Source: Cycas panzhihuaensis (Eukaryota > Plantae > Cycadophyta). From it: a stretch of 64,000 nt of DNA. The position numbers were made by a program, and so were the translations under genes. Location of the stretch: positions 14,694,001-14,758,000 of the forward strand of contig CM041465.1 in NCBI GenBank assembly GCA_023213395.1, read 5' to 3'. Under the pieces are notes generated by a model that did not search any database, had not been told where the DNA came from, and was given only the letters and a program-made list of their open reading frames with translations. Below, piece by piece: positions 25,330 through 38,433 of the stretch (within the stretch, counting starts at the first letter, position 1; every line of letters starts with the position of its first letter).

Positions 25330-27263
25330 ATGGCAAATTCAGGTAGCAACATGGAAGGTGCAACGGGAGGTAATGCACAAACGACAAGAGGAAAAAGTGG
25401 AGTATCAGGTGGAGGAAATCAAGCGAATACAACTCCATACATTATTGTACAAAGTGATTCAATATTCTCAAGCCTCGAATTCGATGGATCCGCGGATCCA
25501 GGTGGTCATCTAACATTATTCAAAAACATGATCCAAATCAAAAGAATTGTGGATCAGGGAGAAATAAAAGTCCATTTTTTTTTCAGCATTGAGAGGACCA
25601 ACAGTTGCATGGTTTCAATATGTATCAGCACAACAATTAAACTATGATCAATTGCAAGAGCAATTTTTGAACCGATTCCAAAAATTAAAAGATCCAATAG
25701 CCATTCTACAGACAATGGAGAAGATTCGATAATATCCTAGGGAATCTGTCAACGATTTTGACAGAAGAATAAGAGTTATCATGAATAAAATATAGTCTGC
25801 AACGATAATTAATCCTATGTTGACAATGAAATACTTTGTATAAGGATGAGTACCACAACTTAAAGATAAAGTGATGCTACATCTAATGAATAGTTACAAA
25901 CAAGTAAGGGAGTTGGTATTGAAATTCAAAAATCAGATGAAATCAGCGTACTCCCACATGGCGGTGCAATCCTCAACATATTTTTCGTTAACGGGCATTG
26001 CAACACAACCTATACAAGTGTCGTAAATAGGAATCAACTCAGAAATCAAAGCTTTAAGGAAGGAGGTGGAAGCATTAAAGCAACAACCTTCAGTTTACGT
26101 TCTAGTCAACATTCAATAAAATCAGGAGTTAGAGAAGATATGCACAGAATTGTCACGTTTACAACTTGAAAAATCAAGGGAGAATATCTGGTGTCCCCCA
26201 CCTTGCAATCAACAAAGGCACATGAAAAATGAGCACGGAGGGTTAACAAGATGGTACAATAATTGTCAAGGAAATAATCATAATACATAGGAATGTTATT
26301 TCATACCCAAAAACAATGAAGGTAAAGTTCATAATATGTATTCACAAAGAACATAACATGGGACATCAAAGCAATATAAAGGAAAAACAAGACCAATTCA
26401 TTGTTTTCTATGTCAAAGGTGGAGACATTATAGATCGGAGTGTTCATTGGGAAAAAAAAGGAGAATTCATTTGTGAAGAATATGGATCGGAAGACCACGA
26501 ATGGGCAAACTACCCAAAGAATAATAAAATTCAAAATGCAAATCCGGTAAATAGGGTTCTGGACCAAGAAAAGTTGGTATATTTGCAAACACATAATGGT
26601 AGATCAACGAGACCTCCTCCTCAAGATAATATTCCAAATTCGACAGTGGAAAAATAACAATTACAAGAAGCAATGAAAATCCTTCAAGATGCCATGGAGG
26701 AAGTACAATAAGAAGAATTACAATAAGAGAGATTTAAAGGACTACATTATAAAAGGAGAATGGCGCAAGAAGGTATGAATTCTTAGTAACAGTTATAAAC
26801 TGTAAAAGATATACTTACTGAATTAGGAGTATCAATTCCTATATCAGTGGTATTTAAATGGTGGGAAGCGGGATACTTCCAGCAATTAGTATTAGAACAA
26901 ATTGAAAAACTAGTACTCAGGGCTATAAAAGACACGGGAGTAGACCCTAGAGTTTCAATGATGGTTTTCGAAACAACCTTGTGTAAAACTATTATGGACG
27001 GGGGCTTCAGAGTGAATGTAATACCTGAATCTTCATGGATAGCCTTGGGAAGGCCCAATGTGGTTGCCCTAGATTATTCCATTAAATTAGTCAGCCAATT
27101 GCAGGTAAGGCCTATGGATACATTATTGAATGTTCTAGTAACTTTAGTAGAGGTTATTGTATTATTAGAATTTGTGGTAGTTCAAATGCAAGATCAAAGA
27201 AAGACTTACCCGACCTTGTTAGGGAGACCTTGGCTATTGGCTACAAAGGCAATCCAAGATTGA
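25330..27263 (+). pseudogene. gag: Athila-like gag and aspartic protease
   Basis: EFDGSADPGGHL, SALRGPTVAWF, TIMDGGFRVNVI, YPTLLGRPWL. Confidence 0.85.
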
Positions 27264-28329
27264 GGGAAACACACATTCACTCTTCCAACAAGAGAAAAGG
27301 TAGTAACTTTTCCCTTATGTTTAGATGGACTATAGATAGAGAAAATTGAAGATAATGGCCGAGTTTCATCTACAATAGTAACCACGAAATCCATAATAAG
27401 TCCTTGTTCCAAAATAGCTTTTCAAATACAACCCATGTTGCCAAACAACCCTTCATCATCATATATGTTGAATCGGATTCACAATGCATGGGAGGAAATA
27501 CAACCAGCTTCGTGTTATCATTTGGAATTTTACGCAAATTCTTCAGAAGAAGAGGGAGAAGAAAAAATACAATCAAAGTCACCACAAATAGAAAAAAAAA
27601 AGTACAAGAAAAATTAGGTTCAATATTCTGTGAACTACCTAAATATGATAGTTGTCTAGAACAAGCGAAAAAACATCTGTAACAATGTATTAATATAATG
27701 AAGAATAAATGGAAGTAATAATTCTGGTATCTTGTGTTTCCATGTTCTCTGATAGGACAAGCTCGATTATGGTACGATGCATATGCACAAAATTTTAATT
27801 CCTGGCAAGAAATAAGTAAGAACCTTTTTATTAAGTTTCAAAAACATGAATTTCGTTTATTCTAGAATGGGGATGACCCCCACTTACATGTACAACATTG
27901 TGTTCAGAAGTGGACAATGGAGGGAATCCCCAAAAAGGATTGGACTCAATATTAGGGTCCAACTTTTAAGGGAATTTCCATCATCTAGTATAACTCCTAC
28001 AAAAAAATGAAATTGATAAAATAAGATGCGATAGTAGGAAACTTTTACCAGACTTTTACATATTATAGCCAAAATGAATACATTAAGCAAATCTTGCAAA
28101 AATTGAAAGAAAAAACTCTGGAAAAGAAAAAAAGTTGTTTTCAGATTGAGGTTGAAAAGGAAGAGAATATTTCGCGAGAAACACAATTCATTCCTCCAAG
28201 TTATTCTGCGTTAGAATATGGAGAACGTACCATAGATATTATGTCGACTTATACATTAAGTCTAGATGGCAAAACAATGGAGGGAGAAAAACTAAAGACA
28301 AGGAAAATCGATATTGAAACGGAATAACA

Positions 28330-30722
28330 ATTTCAGATGATCACTATGGATGATTACTGGAATGAGGAAATGATTACTGGAATAAGGAAATGACACAGCA
28401 AACTACCTCATTATTTTTAGAATATAAGGACGTATTTGCCTAGTCCTATAAGGATTTAAAAGGCATTCTACCTAAATTGGGTGAACATAAGATTGAATTG
28501 GTGGAGGAAACTAAACTAGTAAGACAAAGTCTATACCGTATGAATCCAAAATATAAGGAAAAAGTGAAAGTTGAACTATGGATGATTATTGGAATGAGAA
28601 AATGACGTAGCAAACTACCTCATTATTTTTAGAATATAAGGACGTATTTGCCTGGTCCTATAAGGATTTAAAAGGCATTCTACCTGAATTGGGTGAACAT
28701 AAGATTGAATTGGTGGAGGAAACTAAACTAGTAAAACGACGTCTATACCGTATGAATTCAAAATATAAGGAAAAAGTGAAAGCTAAACTTGATAAATTAC
28801 TAGAAGCGGATTATATTTTTGAAGTTAAAAATAGTGAATGCGTAAGTCCTATCATAGTCATTCCCAAGAAAAATGAAAAACTCAGAGTTTGTATCGACTA
28901 TAGAGCCTTAAACAAGGCAACAAAAAAATATCCATTTCTAATCCCCTTTATTGAAGATATTTTGGAGAAAGTGGCAGGACATGAGGTTTACTTATTTACA
29001 GAGGGATTCAACGGGTACAACCAGGTTTGAATTGTACCAGATAATTAATTAAAAATGACTTTCATAACAGAATGGGGCATATATGCATTCAGAGCAATAC
29101 CATTCGGATTGACTAATGCCCCTAATACATTCCAAAGAGTAATCTTAAATATTTTCAAACGAACTATAGGAAAAATAATTGAGATATTTCTAGACGATTG
29201 AACCTTGTTTACCTTATTAAAAGATCATCTTGGTTGCTTATGTCTAATGCTTGAAACATGTAGAGGGAATAAATTATGCCTAAATCCTACAAAATGTACC
29301 TTTATGGTACCCTTTAGGACCTTATTGGGTTATGTAGTTACAAAGAATGGATTACTCACAGATCCCAACAAGGTAGCAATAATTTTAAATTTTCCAATAC
29401 CAAAGATATAGAGACAGGTTAAAGGATTCTTATGAACAACGGGGTACTATCATAAGTTTATAAAACATTATACTTAGGTAGTTAATCCCCTGGAAATCTT
29501 GTTAAAAAAGAAAATTGAATGGCAATGGAAGTTACAGCAACAACTTGGATTTGAATTATTAAAAAGAAAAATAGCTCAAATACCAATCCTCAGATTTTCG
29601 GATTGGGATAAGCTATTTCATGTACATGTTGATGCCTCTTTATTTACTATCGGATGTGTATTAATACAGCCATAAGATAATAAAATAGACCTACCAATCT
29701 ATTTTCCAAGTTGGAAATTGACAAAGGCAGAGCGAAACTACTTGGTGACGGAACAAGAAGGTTTGGGCATAGTATATGCTCTCAAAAAATTTAGACATTA
29801 TTTGCTAGCTAATCCATTTGTTTTCTTTGTGGATTATTAGGCCTTTTAGTACTTAATTAGTAAACCTATAGTACAAGGATGAATCAGTAGGTGGCTTATG
29901 TTGTTCTAAGACTCCAATTTTAAAATCATAGTTAAAAATGACACTAAGCATACAATTCCATATCTGTTGTCAAGGAAAATAGATGGAGAGCCGGCAACAG
30001 GGATCCACGATGATTTCCCAGATGCAAAATTATTCTCCATTGAAATAATCCCTAAATGATACAAAGATATTGCACGATACCTAGTGACATAATAGAGACC
30101 TTGGGGAATGGAGCGAGTAGAATGGCAAGTTTTATCAAAAAAACTTTTTTCTTCTAATTAATCTTAGGAATGTTATACAGGATGGGACTAAATCAAGTCC
30201 TAAGAAGATGCATAATGGAGCATGAAGTTGAGAATGTCATTAGAGAAAGTCATGAGGGAGCTGCAATGAGACATCAAGGTATCGAGCCCACAAGTAAGAA
30301 AATTCTCTAATAGCCCACGATTTTTGAAAATGTACAAAAACAAGTTTGTAATTGTGATGTATGCCAGCGAGTGGGGAAACCAACAAGAAACCATTTTATG
30401 CCCTTATGTCCCATACTAGCCCAAGCTCCATTCGAAAAATAGGGGTTGGATTTTATTGGGCCTATTAGTCCACCAGCTAGGCATACAAGTGCAAGATATA
30501 TTTTAGTAGTTGTTGATTTTTAAATAACATGGACCAAAGCAAAAATGATGAGGACATGTGATGCATAGAGTACAGCTTGATTTTTATATGAAATAATAAT
30601 CATTCAATTTGGCTGCCTATTAGAAATTGTTTCTAACCAAGGAAGTAGCGTTCTCAATGAAACAATAAAACATCTTACATAGGAATTCTTGATTCAGCAT
30701 TCAAAGTCTTCCCCATACTATC
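28330..30722 (+). pseudogene. pol: Athila-like RT, RNase H and integrase 5' part
   Basis: KLRVCIDYRALN, GFNGYNQV, PFGLTNAP, FLDD, FHVHVDAS, ERNY, GLDFIGP. Confidence 0.93.
28343..28786 (+). repeat. ~212-bp tandem duplication of the RT N-terminus, plus a 20-bp micro-duplication
   Basis: ACTATGGATGATTA..AAAGTGAAAG at 28343 and 28575. Confidence 0.9.
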
Positions 30723-33700
30723 TATTTCCTGGCCACCGAGAATGGATTGGAACACCATCACACAGGTAAGGTCAGGTATGTATATTCTCTCTCTTTCACT
30801 TCATTTGCTTTTATGATTGTTGAGATTTGCATGGTTGGCTGGCTGCTTGGATTGCTTGTATGGCCTCTTGCTTGTGCACGACATTTTGACGACTAGGACT
30901 CTAGTCCAATGGCATGATAGCTCCCAAGTGATCTCCCTCCTAGTTACAAGTACTCATGGGCCTCTGTAGCCTTACTCACACACCCCTTAATTTGTTCCAT
31001 GCTCGTTCAGTCGCATCTTCCCCTTTTTCTCTCCACTTTATCTATCACTTGATCCATCTAGGGTAGCTTGTTGGGGAGTTTTAGTGGATGAATGTGTCCC
31101 ATTACTTGCACATTATGAGATTTCCCTGTATATCCCATTAGGGTTCACTGCCTAATCTCCATCCATACTCTGGCACCTTGATTGTCGTCATTCTCGCGAG
31201 GCTTCGACTCGGTTTGATGATTTTATCATGCATGTTTACCAGTTGTTAGTGTATGGGATTGCTCAAGACTGATGTACAGACCTCTAGGGGGAGTTCTAGG
31301 CTTCTCCCGGGGAGTTCTCCCCCTTTTTCATCAATACTTACCACTTTTTATTAATTTTTATGATTCTACTATTACCCTGTGTTGAATCTTGTCGACCCCA
31401 CTCTAATAGTTACGCCACGCTAATATATTCACAAAACCACAAATATATTAGCGATGCTGCATATATTTTTATGAGATGACTGTTATATAGTTAAGTCGCG
31501 GCCATAAACGACTAATTCTTGCATTAATTGTTAGGCAGAGCATGATCTCGTCTTGGGACCAATGCAGATCGAGTTCCATTTGTCCTGAGACCTCACCAAA
31601 CCAACAAAAACCCAAATTCAAACTCATTTAGGATCTCTCTAAGTATTCTATAATCATCCATTCTCAAGTTTTTATACAAAAACTCTCTTTTACTCTCTGC
31701 AACACATTACTCGACAGAATTCATATTTCTCCACGATAAGACAAGAAAACAGCATAAGAGCAACTGAGGGAAAGGAAGACCAAGCCAAGGCAAACTAGGA
31801 GGATTCCTCAAGCAATCAAATGGCCAAGGAATCCCTCTTTTCTTCCACAAAACATAGGTTTCTTCTTCCTAAAAGTTGCTCTTCACATTAAAGTTGTCAA
31901 GGTTGTATGACAAATATGTTTTTCTTGAGTTTTCCTTGTTAGAACCCCTTCATTTGATGGTTTCATCTTGTTTTTTTTATGTGTGCAATCCTAGATTCAT
32001 GATTTAGATTGATTTCATTTTGGTTTAGAGTCATTTTCACCAAAGCAAGGAGGCAACACCTCCATTTTCCTACCCAACTTCTTCCTCGTAGACTAATCCG
32101 CTAGCCTACGAAAGTAGGGAGGCCAAACCAAACCAAGGGAGCTTGTGAGAAGGTTCATAGGCTAGAGTTCTAACTCCTAAAGCCGCCTTCCACTCGGGTA
32201 ATACCCTCCCCTACGCTTTGAGGCGTCTTTCCTTATGTTTCCATCGCTGGTTTTGGATTTTGTTCATTGTGAGACTTATACAAACATCCATTGACCTTGT
32301 ACTCATTTGCAACACCTAACCAAGTGAGTTACCCATAGCTCATGGGGATCCATCACCATATAGAGGAGCTTGTCATCCTGATGTAACACCCCTTACCCTC
32401 CTCCTTTTACATATATTTTGATTGTTGCACACAAAAATAATAGTAAACAAGAAACATACAACATTTTATTAATTTCTTCTTGGCTTACAAATAGACACAC
32501 TAACTTTGTTTTATCAAGATACACACATATATACATGCATACCTTACTTGTGGGAGGCATTGTTTCTCTTATGTTACAGGTTGGAGACCTCCTTTGCAAA
32601 CTAAGGCGACATATTACAAAAGGTAATATTTCGCTTGTTTCAAGTTTGTTTCTATTTCTTTTTCTCATTATTTCATAGTTGGGGAAGGTAAGTAAGCCCC
32701 ACTTGGAGGTTAGGGGAAGGTAAAGAAGCCCCTCCCTGCAAATCCAACAACTCTTGTGGCAATCAACGGAAATAAAGACATCGACAACTTGTAAGAGCGC
32801 ATTGCGAGGAGCGACAACAAGAGGCACAATGAAAGCAGCATTGAACTTTGTAACTGGGTGCACTCCTCTTGATGCATTCTTCCTCTCCTTTTTGTTTTCC
32901 CTATTCTGCCTTTGGTTTCACAAGTTAAAGAAAAAAGAATTAAAAGCCTTCTTTGTTGAGTAGTTTCCTTGATTGCATGTTGCAAAGCGAAGAGAGGAAA
33001 GGAGCATATCATTTGCATTCACTCTATGAATACTTACTAGATCCCTAATCATCCAAAGGAAGCTAATCCTCCTCTTACCGGAGAGAAGGAATATTCACAC
33101 AAAGTAACGTCCTATACTACACATTTCCTTTCCTTCTTTTCACATTTTAGCCTCATTGCATTCACTTGAAGGTAAAAGAGAGCAAGGGGCTAAAAAGGGA
33201 AAAAGTTGCATATTTGCTTATATACTCATTTTAGTCTTTTTGCATATTTCATTTCCTTTTTACAACAACCATTTTTGCACAAGACTAAAGCTCTGCCTCA
33301 AACACACAAAAGAGTCCAAACTACATCCTAACAACATAGAAATCATAAACTCAAAAGACCATTTCGTTTATTTTTGGAAACCCAAGAGAAGCCCGCAACC
33401 TAGTCGCCATAAGATATCCGCGACTTTCCTCTACTCTTCTTTCTTCGCATTCCCACACCATCCTGCTCTTCTTGTTACCAAAGAAGAGTTTGCAACTTAG
33501 TTGCTTTTGGATAGTTGCAACATTGTCTCCTCCTTGTAATCTCAACACTCAAAACCCTACCCCTTTGACGATAAACTCCTAGACTCTTATCAGAACCATT
33601 AGAGCCTTCGCTCATTTTGCCATCACCTCACTCCTTCTTTGCTTGTCTCCTTTTCCGAAACGCGGTTTAGCTCCTCTCCTCTCCCTCTGAGGATAGGAGA

Positions 33701-34499
33701 GCCTTACTTAGGTTATTCGGCAGCCCAACGCCTAGTTGCCCTATTAGAATCAAGAGAGCTATCTAGAGGAAAAGAGAAGGATAACGCATGAGCTATGGGT
33801 CCCTGAACCTACGTTCCAACGCGTGAGCGCCCTTTATGGGTGATCTATCTTTCTTCAAGATCTTTAGACCCTTTTCGTAACCTTAGTATTTGTCTAAAGT
33901 GTCTCATCCTTAGTGACCCCCTGCCCCCCATAGGTGTGCTTCCACGCCCTCACGATCGATTTTGGAGAGAGACCCCCTTTGCTATCCTGGTTTACCCCCC
34001 TATCGCTTATCTCACGGAAGAGATCCAACCGTCAGATTGTTGCACAAGGACAGTTGATAGGACCGGATTTGTGTGATGGTGGCGATCAAGTTGAACCCGG
34101 TATGCCGATCTAGACCCTATCTTAGTTTTTCAATTGTTTTATTTTGTGACTTTTAATGGCTAGGTAGGGCCCCTTATGGGCTTTTGGGGCCGTCATAGCC
34201 TAATTTGGGATCCGAAAGAGGCTGGATTAGCGCATTAAAGAGCCCTGGGCCTAGTGGACTAGGCCTCGTCCACCAAATCTGCGAAATTTTAGTTTTATTT
34301 CTTTTTTCTTTATTTATTTTAGGTAGGGTCATCTCTGCCCCACGAACTTGTTTGCAGTGCCACAAACATTACAGCAAGGCAGTCGATACCCTTGGGGGGC
34401 CCGCTCATATATTCGTAGTATCGTGAAAATATTAGTGGGTTGAGGGCAGGGTAAAGGAAAAAAGAAAGATCATTTAAATTTTGATTTTCTGTCTGATCT

Positions 34500-36580
34500 T
34501 TGCTACATTTTGTTGATCTGGGAGAGAGCCTGAATGACAGGAAGGGTAAGAGACTGACTAGTATTGACCGTTTTGGTGCTTGGCAACCCATTATCACAGT
34601 GGATAACCGCGAGAACAAGGGCTCCCTGCTGGCAGGATTTGTCACACTTATGGATTGACGTGACTGGCCTATCTTGAGGAGATACGGGCTACTTAAGCTT
34701 GTCCAAACACTGCAGTATGCCTTAGACCAAGGTCTACTGCTAAATATCATATCGCACTGGGACCGAAGGAGACATGTCTTCCACCTTCCGCTAGTGGAGG
34801 ACATTACGATCACACCTGGAGATGTTAGGCAGATCTTAAGAGTGTTGACGAGTGGCGCATCGACGATGTTGGGGACTTTGCCCGGCACGAATGCTACACA
34901 TTGCGAGGCGTCTTTATTTTTCACCGACAAAGGATGCTGGTCTCGGAGGAGGATTGCACTCTGAGTGATGGTCATGTCTGATATTCCTCGTGTGAGGAAA
35001 CTAATCATCTTGGCTATTCTATTTTGAATTTCCCAGAAACAGAATTACAAGGAGATTCCTGGCTGATGGATAACTACCATCCAGAGGTATGAAGCGAGGG
35101 AGCCTTTTGATTGGGCTACTCTGATAGTAGCCAATCTCAAGACTCAACTGGACCATAGTTGGGTGACAGGACGAGGACTTTCTCTCTGCTCTTTGCTCCA
35201 GTGCTGGTTGTTCGACCATTTTAGGGGAGTGGCACCAGCAACGAGACCACAGTCGATAGCAATTACTACCCCCATGATTCACAGATGGTAGACACGCTTT
35301 CAGAGTGCATGAGAGCTAGCCCACGTCAGGCGGTCGATAGCTACCACGTCCGTGGATCTCCTTACAATGGAGGAGTACATACGAGATCCCTACCACACCA
35401 TACATTAGGTGAGTGATGTGGAGGAGGGAGAGGCAAGAGAGGGCTCGATAGAGAAGCCAAGAGATGAGGAGGGTGATGGAGCAGCCGCAAATGACCTAGA
35501 GGAGGATGCAGCACTAGCAGCTGCAGCGGAGGCAATCTTGGCCACTAGAGGAGCAGGGATCCTTAGGGCCGAGGGGAGGCAGAGGGAGGCGATGCACCTC
35601 CTACTCTAGGAGAGCCAAGAGCAGGGGAGGCGGCAGTTGTGGGAGAGGGTGCAGCAGTTGGAGAGGTGCCAGTTGTCCCGGGAGGTGAGATCTCCCATTT
35701 TCCTTAGCTTGGCACTTGATTTAGTTATCTCTTTTCATGTTTTTTTTCATTATGCTTTATGTATCGTAGATGTTGATGGATTTTTTATGTATCCCATATT
35801 AACACCTTTGATACACGTGCCTGGCAGGTGGAGATGATATGGGGGAGCTGGTCAGACGGGTGGTTGTCGAGCTCTTCCCACGTGTGTACAAGGAGGGGCA
35901 GCCTCCTATCATTAGTGATGAGAGGCAAGGATCAACAGGATAGCACACAATGGCATTTTTTCCCCTCACACAGGTGCGAGATATATGGGCTACAGAGGCC
36001 CAAGAGCGGCAAATGAGGGAGGACCAGCTCTAGGGGGAGAGAGATCAGCTCTAGGGAGAGCAGGACTAACTCCATGGAGAGAGGGACTAGCTACGAGCTC
36101 AAGTGTAGGTGTTGGAGGCCCAAGGAGGAGTTGGGGATGCTGGCGGCGATGTGAGGGTCGTCATGCTCGAGGGGAGGCTCTGTAGGATGCAGAGGGAGTA
36201 GGACTAGTTGTTGGACAAGAGGGATCGATTACTAAGTGACAGGGACCGACTACATGAGAGGTTCAATCGACCGGTCGATTAGATGGCTACGCAGTCCTTA
36301 CGCAGCAGGACCCACATGGCAACACCATCTTAGAGGAGGGTGAGAGATGAAGGGAGCGAGGCTGGGACCTCGCAGCAGAGGAGGAAGAGGAGCTTGGGAG
36401 GGATGTGGTCTCCAGGCAAGAGAGCAGACAGACCAAGAGAGGATACGTCATGAGGGTATGGCAACTCCACATGACCATTGTACTATAGATTTTTGGGATA
36501 GGAAAGCTTCGGACCTCCAGGGGGACCCTTATCACACATAGATGCATGATTGTACCTAGCCCCTTCAAGGATTCTGGCTT
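34500..36580 (+). pseudogene. Plant mobile domain (aminotransferase-like PMD) ORF with acidic/coiled-coil tail and probable intron 35685-35827 (ends approximate)
   Basis: HWDRRRHVFHLPLVEDITITPGDVRQIL, FDWATLIVANL and SLLQCWLFDHF all lie in one frame. AT-rich GTGAG...GCAG segment interrupts GC-rich coding sequence. Confidence 0.82.
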
Positions 36581-38088
36581 CCTCAGGCACATGGTGCCAA
36601 CACTTTGTACTATTATTCATTTTGTACATATATATACAGGGGCCATATTGGTACCCCATTTTGACACACTTTGCTTATTCTGTTGATTATGGATGTATGG
36701 ATGTAGAGATCATAGTATGGATTGATTTACATTTCACTATATCATGTATATAGAGATGCTTTCAGCTTGGATACTTTCTTTTATGCAGCATGGCACTTGC
36801 ACCAGGCACACATGATCACCCTACATGACAGGTGACCTCGCATAAGACTAGAGCAAGGCAATCATGCATGTCCCTTAGATGGGATATAGGGATCCTGCTA
36901 AGAAAGTAACTAGGCAGGTACGGATACCCCAAGAAACAGTCAAGTGGGTATATAGACTATCCCCCAAGGGCTTTTCCAAGTAGCGACTCATGCTCGGAAG
37001 CAAGCTGATTTGCATCCTTGAATGGAACCCTAACCACGAGTGTGGCAACAAATGGATATGTCTAAGCAACTGCTAATATATGAATAAAGGAGGGTGCTTT
37101 GTTGTTGAAGGAGGGTAAGCAGCTCCTTCAGAAAGGGACGTGGCTTCCTCATCAACATGCGAAGTAACCCAAGATCCAAACACACACCATGCCCCCAATG
37201 CGAAGGTGTGGTGAAGCATTTGGGAAGTAATTTAGGCTCATTTTGGAGCATTGTATCTCTCTCCTAGACGATCCTCTCTAGGCAACCTAATAGGTTGGCC
37301 CCCTGCACAAACCTTTGGACTATCATCCTTTCCTTATTTCAACCACTCTCTTACCTCTGAAAATAGGCCACTAACAAGGTAAAACTACAATGACTACAGG
37401 TTTGTCTCTTTTCTTGGTCCTCCTATCATCTGTGGTATAGGTTTTTCATGCTTCCCAGTTATGTTTACATCTCTCTAGATGATGATTATGCTATTCTTAG
37501 ATTACGTTTACATTATGTTTACTTTGTATGCGAAGGCGATGGAGCATCCCTTCATCTCCTTCCCCCTTTCTACTATTCTTTTGTTTTCTATAGGGATTTC
37601 GATCCCATTCTGTTCTCTAGGATCATACAACCCACCTAGGTGTCACCATGGGCAACCCCCAACTCACCTTTCCATCATCCTGCATATGTTTTGGGTCTAA
37701 GGCTTTGTACCCTGATGATTGAACGAGCCACGCCTCCTCTTCCTCACCCAAATATGCATTTCCCATCCACGTGATCTGTTGCGGCACTCGCCACTCACCT
37801 TGGTTACCGACACACAAGCTTTATACACCATTACTGACCAGATTGTGTCGACAACATTCACCATCATCTGACACATCCGAGCGACGAGGTTCTACTACCA
37901 AGGGGGCAATGTTTCCTGGCCACCAGGAATGGATTGGGACACCATCACACAGGTAAGGCCAGGTATGCATATTCTCTCTTTCACTTCATTTGCTTTTACG
38001 ATTATTGAGATTTGCGTGGTTGTCTGGCTGCTAGGATTGCTTGTATGGCCTCTTGCTTGTGCGTGACATTTTGCCTATGATGACTAGG

Positions 38089-38389
38089 TGTAACAAACTG
38101 TTACACCAAAATCCCGAGATGTTAGTGAAGACCACCCAAGTGTCTAACAATACCTCCTCCACAAGGCATCGACGTCCTGACGACCCACTCTTGATGACCC
38201 ACTCTCGGTAATTTCGCACCCCATCGGGCCCCGGGCGAACACTACTATGCCGGCATTCTACCGAGGTCGTCCCCTCCAAGGTCGTCCCCTCCGAGAATCG
38301 AACTCGTGACCTTGGCTCTGATACCACTTGTAACAAACCGTTACACCAAAACCCCGAGGTGTTAGTGAAGACCACCCAAGTGTGTAACA
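38089..38389 (-). mobile_element. 301-bp TRIM with 61-bp LTRs, plus 44 bp of a further unit (38390-38433)
   Basis: LTRs 38089-38149 and 38329-38389; reverse PBS 38315-38326; reverse PPT ATACCTCCTCCAC after each LTR. Confidence 0.88.
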
Positions 38390-38433
38390 ATACCTCCTCC
38401 ACAAGGCATCGACATCCCGACGACCCACTCTCT

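Noticed and set aside
32393-33548. Duplicated ORFs (also at 42278-43375) as genes
   Set aside because: They recur only because they lie in the two LTR copies; no recognisable domain.
34319-35008. 229-aa minus-strand ORF
   Set aside because: Antisense shadow of the PMD frame.
37705-37740. Hammerhead ribozyme / retrozyme (CTGATGA)
   Set aside because: No stem II or GAAA core follows; not located in an LTR.
38089-38389. Cassandra element or tRNA gene
   Set aside because: No 5S rRNA similarity in the LTRs; only a T-arm-like motif, no cloverleaf.
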